NCBI GenBank assembly: GCA_964558075.1
Contig: CAZLCY010000003.1
Location: 1 to 38,506, forward strand
Length of the DNA stretch: 38,506 nt
DNA from: an uncultured Bacteroidales bacterium
GTDB taxonomy: Bacteria; Bacteroidota; Bacteroidia; Bacteroidales; UBA1715
Direction: 5' to 3'
Shown here piece by piece: positions 28,823 through 35,707 of the stretch; position 1 is the stretch's first letter; the number at the start of each line of letters is the position of its first letter. A program made the translations under genes and the position numbers. The notes beneath the pieces were generated by a model. The model was not told the origin of the DNA, made no database searches, and saw only the letters and a program-made list of their open reading frames with translations.

Positions 28823-29593
28823 ATGAAAGGTTTTACAGGTGTTTTTTTAGGAACAGGAACTTCGCAAGGTATTCCGATTATCGGTTGTGATTGCTCGGTA
28901 TGTAAATCTGCAAACCCTTACAATAAAAGACTTCGTACGTCTTTTTTCTTTTCGTATAAAGAGGTGGATATTGTAATTGATGCCGGTCCTGATTTTCGTC
29001 AGCAGATGCTTCAACATAATATTGTAAATGTCGATGCAATTTTACTCACTCACGAACACAAAGATCACACCGGCGGACTCGATGATATTCGACCAATAAA
29101 CTTTAAAAAACATCAGGCAATGGATGTTTTTGGGGAACGGCGTGTTCTTGAGTCATTGAAGTGTGAGTATTCATATGTGTTTAAAAAGAAAACATATCCC
29201 GGTGTGCCAATCATGGATTTGCACGAAATTTCGAATATGCCATTTACATTTAAATCGCTCACTATTCAACCCATACGTGTATATCACTGGGATTTGCCTG
29301 TTTTCGGTTTTCGTATAGACTCTTTTGCATATATTACCGATGCTTCCTTAATTGAAGATTCTGAAATGCAGAAATTACATAACCTGGACGTTCTTGTTGT
29401 TAATGCCTTGCGATTCGAAAAACATTATTCTCATTTTAATCTTGACGAAGCATTGCGTATAATTGAAATACTGAAACCGAAACATGCTTATTTAACCCAC
29501 ATTAGTCATTATCTTGGAGACCATACCGAAACTCAACAAAAATTACCGCCCCATGTCTCTTTGGCCTATGACGGTTTGCAAATACAGATATAA
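28823..29593 (+). CDS. MBL-fold metallo-hydrolase (PhnP-like)
   Basis: 256 aa. Motifs: GTGTSQGIPIIGCDCSVC, LLTHEHKDHTGGLDD (HxHxDH) and a late YLTHISH. Confidence 0.75.
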   Translation: MKGFTGVFLGTGTSQGIPIIGCDCSVCKSANPYNKRLRTSFFFSYKEVDIVIDAGPDFRQQMLQHNIVNVDAILLTHEHKDHTGGLDDIRPINFKKHQAMDVFGERRVLESLKCEYSYVFKKKTYPGVPIMDLHEISNMPFTFKSLTIQPIRVYHWDLPVFGFRIDSFAYITDASLIEDSEMQKLHNLDVLVVNALRFEKHYSHFNLDEALRIIEILKPKHAYLTHISHYLGDHTETQQKLPPHVSLAYDGLQIQI

Positions 29594-29595
29594 AT

Positions 29596-30093
29596 ATGAA
29601 ACAAAAAGCGGTATTTTTAGATAGAGACGGAGTTATAAATGATGGTTCATTGTATTATACATATACGATAGATGATTTTCATATTAATGATGGCGTTATT
29701 GAAGGGTTACAATTATTGCAACAAAATGGATTTATACTTATTATTGTAACAAATCAGAGCGGTGTCGCAAAAGGTATCTATTCTTTGCACGATGTAGAAA
29801 AAGTACATGACTATATGATACAGAAATTTCGTGCTCATAATATTAAAGTTGCCGGTATTTATGTCTGCCCTCATCATCCCGACATTTCTTCCTGTGAATG
29901 TCGAAAACCAAAAACAGGGTTGTTTGAAAAGGCGGTGCAAGATTTATCAGTAGATGTTTCTCGTTCGTTCATGATAGGTGATAGTGAGCGTGATATTATT
30001 GCCGGAAAAACAACAGGATTGCAGTCTGTATTAATTGAAAAAAATGAAAATATTTTACCCTATTGTGAATCTATTATTCAAAATAAAATATAA
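29596..30093 (+). CDS. gmhB: HAD-IIIA phosphatase, D-glycero-D-manno-heptose-1,7-bisphosphate phosphatase-like
   Basis: 165 aa. Motifs: FLDRDGVIN (DxD), VTNQSGVAKG, the zinc loop CPHHPDISSCECRKPKTG, and MIGDSERDIIAG. The substrate assignment is by family only. Confidence 0.75.
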   Translation: MKQKAVFLDRDGVINDGSLYYTYTIDDFHINDGVIEGLQLLQQNGFILIIVTNQSGVAKGIYSLHDVEKVHDYMIQKFRAHNIKVAGIYVCPHHPDISSCECRKPKTGLFEKAVQDLSVDVSRSFMIGDSERDIIAGKTTGLQSVLIEKNENILPYCESIIQNKI

Positions 30094-30099
30094 TAAAGT

Positions 30100-30942
30100 A
30101 TGTTTTGTATTATAGATAATCAAATTACCAAAATTTCTGATTCGCATATGTCTTTGGACAATGTTTTTGGAATGTTTGATTCTTTGGTAGAAACCATACG
30201 GTTGTATAATACAAAGCCTTTGTTTATTGATGAGCATCTTGCAAAGATGGAGGAGACAATGGATGTTTTGTCGTTTCCCTATCCGAATAATTTTTCGGTG
30301 TCGTATGTGTCTCGTCAAATTACTCGTTTGTTGAATGTGAATAAAGTATATAAAGGGGGTATTTGTAAAATATGCGTATTTCGTAAAGCTTCAATTTTTT
30401 CTCATGAAGAAACAGATACAGAATCTCAATTTGTTATTTTTGTTGATGCACTGGCAGAAAGAGAGTTCGAATTTAATACTAAAGGAATTTCATTGGCATT
30501 AATTCCTTCTGTTGTTTTTCAAAAACCATATTTATATACCATGTATTCCGCTCATATGTTGACGCAACGAAAAATTCCTTTTTTGTTGAAAAAAACCGGT
30601 GCAGATGCTCTTGCTTTTTTTACGGATTATCAGCAAATTTTTCATAGCTCGGCAGGAGATATTTTCTATGTAAAAAATGCGGAAGTCTATTGTCCGAATG
30701 CGGAAATTAATACCTTTCGGCATCCTCTCTCTAACCATGTTATAGACACCTTAAAACGGCAGGGGGTAGTTGTACATGAAGTAGAAAATATGTTTGTTGA
30801 TGATGTTGTGTCTGCCGATGAGGTTTTTGTAACGCATCCTGTTAGTGGTATTCGATGGGTTGTGCGGGTTAACGATAAGGTTGTAAGTTATTCACTTTCG
30901 AAAAAAATATATTCGTTACTTCACCGGATTGTTGACGGGTGA
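30100..30942 (+). CDS. Aminotransferase class IV fold protein (aminodeoxychorismate-lyase-like), divergent
   Basis: 280 aa. FGMFDSLVETIRLYNTKPLFIDEHLAKM resembles the class IV N-terminal block. ...GADALAFFTD..., SSAGDIFYVKNAEVYCP and ADEVFVTHPVSGIRWV match the later blocks. I could not place the catalytic Lys with confidence. Confidence 0.5.
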   Translation: MFCIIDNQITKISDSHMSLDNVFGMFDSLVETIRLYNTKPLFIDEHLAKMEETMDVLSFPYPNNFSVSYVSRQITRLLNVNKVYKGGICKICVFRKASIFSHEETDTESQFVIFVDALAEREFEFNTKGISLALIPSVVFQKPYLYTMYSAHMLTQRKIPFLLKKTGADALAFFTDYQQIFHSSAGDIFYVKNAEVYCPNAEINTFRHPLSNHVIDTLKRQGVVVHEVENMFVDDVVSADEVFVTHPVSGIRWVVRVNDKVVSYSLSKKIYSLLHRIVDG

Positions 30943-30945
30943 TTT

Positions 30946-32439
30946 TTATAAATTTGAATAGTAGTTATCTAGAAATGTAAGTCGTCGTTGAATCCACCTA
31001 TAGGTAAACTCCTGTTCTCCTTCAATGTTTAAAGTAAGATTCCATTTTTTGTTTTCTATTTCTATACAGCCCGATGAGAGTAATGCTTCAAATTCTTCTT
31101 CAAATAAATCATGTATATGCCCGTAGGTGAAAATTGAATTCCGCAGTTCGAACCATCGGTTCTTGAGTTTTGTTTTGTAATTGTTGGGGTTGAGTTTTAT
31201 GAGTTTGTTAAACAATTGATTTGTGTTTATTATATTGGTATGTGTTATGTGTGTTCCATCCCAAAAATAACCCCAAGAGCCATCTAAGTCCCAAGGTAAA
31301 AATGAAAATTTTTCTGTTGAGTGTGAACGTGTTAAAAATATGTTTTTTCCTGCATTATCCCAAGCTGATATGAGATTTAAGAAAATATAGTAATCAATAA
31401 CATTATCTATATTTATGTATGAGCCAATGTGTGAAATAAAATCTTCATCGGAATAGTTTACGGCAATGTTTTTTAAAGAATCAAGAGGTTCCCATTGTGT
31501 GGTATATTTCGGGTCGGGATATATCTGTTCCCATCCATCCCATCGGTAATGTGATTTGGGGTATGGATTGTTTGTTTCAAATTTTGTTCCTCCGTTAAGC
31601 CACGAAACTCCTTTGTATAAAAGAGCACCTTTTTGTGTAAGACCAAGAAATTCCGGATTGAGCTTTTCGTTGAAACAATATATTCCCTGATGACTATGAT
31701 TTAAAAACACTTCGACTAATTGCGATTGTATGCCTCGTCTGAGACTATCAATTTCGTTCCAAAGTTTAAAGGAAACCATATTTCGTACTCTGGATTTATC
31801 TATATACATTGCATCAAAAATCCAGTCTTCGTTTTTTCGCATTTTTCCTATTTCAGAAGAATATCTGTCTGAGGTACTAATTGAATGTGTCAGTGCAAAA
31901 CCATATGATTTTTTAGGGTATAATAATGATGTTGCACCTCGGTATTCTATACCAATATTTGAGGTAAAACATTCATCAGTCTGTGGTATGTACAAAGATA
32001 AATGAGCAACTGTTTTGGGTTCATCCCATACTTCGTTTGGGGTGGAAATAATAGCTATTGGTAAGTTAGTAAATTGTAATGTGAGATTTTTTGTTGTTGC
32101 GTTTGTTTTAATTGTTATAGTATACGATTCTGATGTTGTAATAGTCCCTAAATTGTTGAAATCGTTGTTTTTCAGTTCCAAACTATCGTTGAAGTATATG
32201 TGAGAATAGTTTTGAAATGAAATAAATGGCGTAAACTTATGTATGGTATCAGTCTGTATTGATGCTCGTAGTAAGGAAAGTTCGGCATCGAAACCACACG
32301 GAGCATTATTGAATGTTAGTAAGGGGGCTGTTTGCAGTGACTTGTCAAAAACAGTATTGTAAATAACCTCTTCTTTGTAGCACGATGAGGTTATAATTAC
32401 AAGATATAAAAGAGTAATTATGTGTGCAAAAATTTTCAT
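30946..32439 (-). CDS. CotH kinase-family lipoprotein
   Basis: 497 aa. The signal/lipobox-like N-terminus is MKIFAHIITLLYLVIITSSC, followed by YKEE. CotH-like blocks are IEYRGATSLLYPKKSYGF, NISAWDNAGKNIFL and LPWDLDGSWG. Confidence 0.7.
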   Translation of the reverse strand: MKIFAHIITLLYLVIITSSCYKEEVIYNTVFDKSLQTAPLLTFNNAPCGFDAELSLLRASIQTDTIHKFTPFISFQNYSHIYFNDSLELKNNDFNNLGTITTSESYTITIKTNATTKNLTLQFTNLPIAIISTPNEVWDEPKTVAHLSLYIPQTDECFTSNIGIEYRGATSLLYPKKSYGFALTHSISTSDRYSSEIGKMRKNEDWIFDAMYIDKSRVRNMVSFKLWNEIDSLRRGIQSQLVEVFLNHSHQGIYCFNEKLNPEFLGLTQKGALLYKGVSWLNGGTKFETNNPYPKSHYRWDGWEQIYPDPKYTTQWEPLDSLKNIAVNYSDEDFISHIGSYINIDNVIDYYIFLNLISAWDNAGKNIFLTRSHSTEKFSFLPWDLDGSWGYFWDGTHITHTNIINTNQLFNKLIKLNPNNYKTKLKNRWFELRNSIFTYGHIHDLFEEEFEALLSSGCIEIENKKWNLTLNIEGEQEFTYRWIQRRLTFLDNYYSNL

Positions 32440-33119
32440 AAAGAAAGTTCATATACAATATTCAGACATAAAAATTGCTCAGGGTGTTCATCGTTGACTT
32501 CCTGAGTGTAGCCTACTGAACAGTTAAAAGTGCCCCAATTTGTTTTTATCTCATCGCCTGCATATATGCGATATTTATTAAAATAAGGAGATTTAAATTG
32601 TTTATGAATTTTAAATAATTCAGCGGTTATGTAAATGTTGTTTGTTTCAGATAAATAATGTCGAAGTTTTATTCGGTTTCGATAATTAATGGTATTTATT
32701 TTTTCTAATGAATAATCAGTTAATAAATTTACATATTCTTTTTCGTATCGTAATCGATAATAGAATTTTATGAATGAAAATGAATAGTCAAAGTTAAAGT
32801 CGAGAGTATATGAATAATTTTGTTCAGCTTCCACATGCCGTTTGTTGTTGTAATTGTATCGGTGTCGGGAGCCAATATCAAAATGGGAATTTATTTTATA
32901 TTCCGCAGAAAGATCTACGATGTAATCGTCAATTTGTGAGAGTCCGTAAAAAGTGCGTAATTGAGGTTCTAAAGTAAATTTGAAATCCTTATATTCCCGG
33001 GTAAGTTTTATCCCTGTCCACAGCCCGTAATCTTGGGTTACTTTTATTGTTTGAGAATATACAGAATTCTGAACGAAAAAAATTATACATGCACAAAAAT
33101 AATAATTAAGAAATTTCAT
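32436..33119 (-). CDS. Putative outer-membrane beta-barrel protein, DUF2490-like
   Basis: 227 aa with signal peptide MKFLNYYFCACIIFFVQNSVYSQ. Repeated aromatic-rich strand patterns are present (FKFTLEPQLRTFYG, DLSAEYKINSHFDIGSRHRY, YSYTLDFNFDYSF). The family name is tentative. Its stop overlaps the CotH start (ATGA), and its start abuts the tsaB stop. Confidence 0.45.
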   Translation of the reverse strand: MKFLNYYFCACIIFFVQNSVYSQTIKVTQDYGLWTGIKLTREYKDFKFTLEPQLRTFYGLSQIDDYIVDLSAEYKINSHFDIGSRHRYNYNNKRHVEAEQNYSYTLDFNFDYSFSFIKFYYRLRYEKEYVNLLTDYSLEKINTINYRNRIKLRHYLSETNNIYITAELFKIHKQFKSPYFNKYRIYAGDEIKTNWGTFNCSVGYTQEVNDEHPEQFLCLNIVYELSL

Positions 33120-33815
33120 TTATAGCTGTTTTTTTGGCGTTGTTGCCTGAAAATTTTTCAAATAAAAAGGTTCAAAATAGGCAACATCAGCAAAATTGCC
33201 TTGATTGTATTGCGAATAAGCAATACGTCCAACACTCTCGCTTGAGCAGGTAATGTTTGGAACAAAATGAATATGTGCTGCCGATAGAATATCTTGTAAT
33301 TTTTGACTGCCGTCTCCAAAAAGGTAATAAGAGTTTTGTGCGTCAAAAAGATGAATAGTTTCTTCGGTCACAACAAGCGGCTGCGTTTTTTGTAATTGAG
33401 TCATGCCTGCATTAAATTGAGCGGTGTACACTTCCATTCTGCGAGCATCAATCATCGGGCAGAGAATAGCCTTATCCGGCAAAGATTCCTGTAACTTGGG
33501 AATATATTGTAATGTTAAAGATTCTAAGGTGTTTATGGTAATAAGCGGAAGGTCGGCAGCATAGCATAATCCTTTTGCAACTGATGTGCCTATGCGAAGT
33601 CCGGTATAGGAACCCGGCCCCTCAGAAATTGCAATTGCGTTAAAATCTTGTATGCTGAGAGATGCATGTGCAAGCATTTCTTCAATGAGAACAGTTAGTT
33701 TTGCAGAATGAGCTTGTGGTTCCGATATTTCAGAAATGTGTGAGCATTGTTCGTCTTCGTGTATTGCAACGGAACAAATACTTGTGGCAGTTTCTATACT
33801 AAGTATGCGTGTCAT
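33120..33815 (-). CDS. tsaB: tRNA threonylcarbamoyladenosine biosynthesis protein TsaB
   Basis: MTRILSIETATSICSVAIHED..., ISEGPGSYTGLRIG and VAKGLCYA are TsaB/YeaZ motifs. I used the ATG at 33815 (231 aa). The track's 318-aa ORF would overlap the upstream MBL gene by 260 nt. Confidence 0.88.
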   Translation of the reverse strand: MTRILSIETATSICSVAIHEDEQCSHISEISEPQAHSAKLTVLIEEMLAHASLSIQDFNAIAISEGPGSYTGLRIGTSVAKGLCYAADLPLITINTLESLTLQYIPKLQESLPDKAILCPMIDARRMEVYTAQFNAGMTQLQKTQPLVVTEETIHLFDAQNSYYLFGDGSQKLQDILSAAHIHFVPNITCSSESVGRIAYSQYNQGNFADVAYFEPFYLKNFQATTPKKQL

Positions 33816-33816
33816 A

Positions 33817-34461
33817 TTATTCTTGTAAAAACGGATTAGATTCTTTTTCTGTTTGAATGGTTGTTGGTTCTCCATGTCCCGGATACACAATGGTTTCACC
33901 CGGGAGAGAGAGTAATTTAGTGGAAATATTTTCAATGAGGGTTTCATGATTTCCACCCGGCAAATCGCTTCGTCCGATACTTCCGGCAAAAAGAGCATCG
34001 CCTGAAAATAAAATGTTGTCTGTAGGGTAATAATAGCAGATACTTCCTTTGCTGTGTCCCGGTATATGAATTGCATATAAGGTCATATTTCCTATAGTAA
34101 TTGTAGAACCTTCGGTAATATAGTTCGAAATACCGGGAGGTTGTTCCATACTTATTCCGTACCGGATGCTTTGTGCAATAGCGTTGTCAATAAATGGTTT
34201 TTCATCTTTATGTCCGTATACCGGTATATTCGGATATGTCTTGTAGACAAAAGCAGCTCCAAACATATGGTCGAGATGGCAGTGAGTATACAATATTGAA
34301 CTGAGCCTATAATTGTTGTCGGTAATGTAAGATTTTAATTTTTGTTTTTCTGCGTCAAAAAAACATCCCGGGTCAATAACAGCAGATTGCAGAGTTTCAG
34401 GGTCTGTTATAATATAGGTGTTTTGATAAAAATGGTTGAATTGAAAAGTGTGAATAAGCAT
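33817..34461 (-). CDS. MBL-fold metallo-hydrolase (hydroxyacylglutathione-hydrolase-like)
   Basis: Motifs: FYQNTYII, YTHCHLDHMFG (HxHxDH), IPGHSKGS, GDALFAGSIGRSD and PGHG. I preferred the ATG at 34461 (214 aa) over the TTG at 34476. Confidence 0.8.
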   Translation of the reverse strand: MLIHTFQFNHFYQNTYIITDPETLQSAVIDPGCFFDAEKQKLKSYITDNNYRLSSILYTHCHLDHMFGAAFVYKTYPNIPVYGHKDEKPFIDNAIAQSIRYGISMEQPPGISNYITEGSTITIGNMTLYAIHIPGHSKGSICYYYPTDNILFSGDALFAGSIGRSDLPGGNHETLIENISTKLLSLPGETIVYPGHGEPTTIQTEKESNPFLQE

Positions 34462-34473
34462 ATAATTTTTTTT

Positions 34474-34481
34474 CAAAAATA
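34474..34481 (-). promoter_or_regulatory. Candidate -7 box (TATTTTTG on the minus strand) upstream of the MBL hydrolase/tsaB/DUF2490/CotH gene string
   Basis: The plus strand reads CAAAAATA at 34474-34481, an exact TAnnTTTG match on the coding strand, 12 nt upstream of the ATG at 34461. Confidence 0.3.
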
Positions 34482-34515
34482 CATAAAAAAATAAAGGTAA
34501 AAAATAAGAAAATAA

Positions 34516-35160
34516 CTAATCCTGAATCCCATTCAGCATGGGAACAAATGAAAAATCTCCATGTTCTTCTTGTTCAAATTCGGTTTCAGATATTTTTTTA
34601 ATGCGTATCATTTTTTGTGTGCTGCCCTCACCGTAGGGAACAACAAGCAGCCCTTTGAGTTTGAGTTGATTTAAAAGAGTACGGGGAATAAACGGAGCTG
34701 CAGCGGTAATTAATATTTTGTCGAATGGAGCAAATTGAGGAAGTCCTTTGAATCCGTCACCTAAAAATAATTGAGCATGAATATGAATGTTTTGTAAAAT
34801 TTGTTTTGTGGCAAAGAATAGTTTTTTCTGTCGTTCAATTGAAAAAACCTGTGCCCCCATTTTGTGAAGCACCGCAGCCTGATATCCTGAACCTGTGCCG
34901 ATTTCTAGAATTTTATCGTGTTTTTCAACATGTAGTAGAGAAGACTGAACTGCAACAGTATAGGGTTGGGAAATAGTTTGCCCCGCATCAATGGGGAATG
35001 CCTTATCTTCGTAGGCATGATTTTGTAATGCAATGTCAAAAAAAAAGTGTCGGGGAGTTTCCATCATTGCTTTCAGCACATTCTCATCTTTTATTCCTTT
35101 CGAACGAAGTTCTTCAATCAACTGTTTCCGTTTTCCTTTGTGTAAAATTGAGTCTTCCAT
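34516..35160 (-). CDS. pcm: Protein-L-isoaspartate O-methyltransferase
   Basis: Motifs: PRHFF, AYEDKAFPIDAGQTISQPYTVA, ILEIGTGSGYQAAVL and DKILITAAAP. The ATG at 35160 gives 214 aa. The track's 35184 start is a TTG extension. Confidence 0.9.
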   Translation of the reverse strand: MEDSILHKGKRKQLIEELRSKGIKDENVLKAMMETPRHFFFDIALQNHAYEDKAFPIDAGQTISQPYTVAVQSSLLHVEKHDKILEIGTGSGYQAAVLHKMGAQVFSIERQKKLFFATKQILQNIHIHAQLFLGDGFKGLPQFAPFDKILITAAAPFIPRTLLNQLKLKGLLVVPYGEGSTQKMIRIKKISETEFEQEEHGDFSFVPMLNGIQD

Positions 35161-35269
35161 TTTGTATTTTTTGTAAAAATACAAAAATCGTGTTTTTATG
35201 CATATTTTTTGTATGGTTATTTATAGAAAGATACTATATATAAAAAGGCAAAAGGAAAAAAAATAGTTT

Positions 35270-35625
35270 ATTTCTCGCAAAGTCGCAAAGAAGTCGAAAT
35301 TATTTTACAAACTTATTTTCATAAATTTTTCTCAACTTTTGCAAAGGCACAAGGCAAGAGGCATAGAAGGCAAGGTGCAGTGGTTATGAAACCAACTATC
35401 TAATATTTAATATAAACGGGTTTTTATACACTGGTAGTTTATTAAGCACTGTGTCCGTCCACTGACGGATTGAGCATTATTTCCCCACGGTCAATGAGCT
35501 CGCTATTGCTCGGCTCATCATTATTGAACCAACCACCAGTCACCAACCACCGATAATCTACAACCAATAACCATTAAGGCAAAAATTACTCAATCTAATA
35601 TCTCATACCTAATATCTATCACGGC
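35270..35625. other. Non-coding island of unknown function: patches of short repeats plus two GC-rich hairpins
   Basis: No ORF of useful length on either strand. Repeat patches: tcgcaaag x2 in tandem (35275-35290); AGGCA x4 (35345-35372); AACCA x5 in a nearly G-free tract (35527-35573); ctaatatct x2 (35595-35603 and 35609-35617). Hairpins: tccgtc-cact-gacgga (35454-35469) and atgagc...gctcat (35494-35518). Confidence 0.5.
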
Positions 35626-35707
35626 ATTAGTTATTTTTTGTTAAAAAAGATTGTATATCAAAAAAAAGTTTTATATTTCTTGCATTATCCCCCCTCGTGA
35701 TTTCACT

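Noticed and set aside
30100-30942. The class-IV aminotransferase-like protein might lack the catalytic PLP lysine, making it a pseudo-enzyme
   Set aside because: Several Lys residues lie within a few positions of where the catalytic Lys should align (FQK..., QRK...). I cannot fix the alignment by eye, so I make no claim.
33816-34076. N-terminal extension of the tsaB ORF (the 318-aa version in the track)
   Set aside because: The extension overlaps the 3' end of the MBL hydrolase gene by 260 nt and has no TsaB similarity. The conserved TsaB N-terminus (MTRILSIETAT) begins at the ATG at 33815, 1 nt after the MBL stop.
35494-35518. The hairpin atgagc...gctcat as a group II intron domain V, a riboswitch or a tRNA-like element
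   Set aside because: The sequence and loop do not match the domain V consensus as I remember it. No cloverleaf or known riboswitch core is visible nearby.
35245-35584. A MITE or insertion bounded by the 9-bp direct repeat aaggcaaaa as a target-site duplication
   Set aside because: I could find no terminal inverted repeats just inside the direct repeats and no transposase remnant. A 9-mer of this A-rich composition could recur by chance. I kept it only as a note within the island finding.
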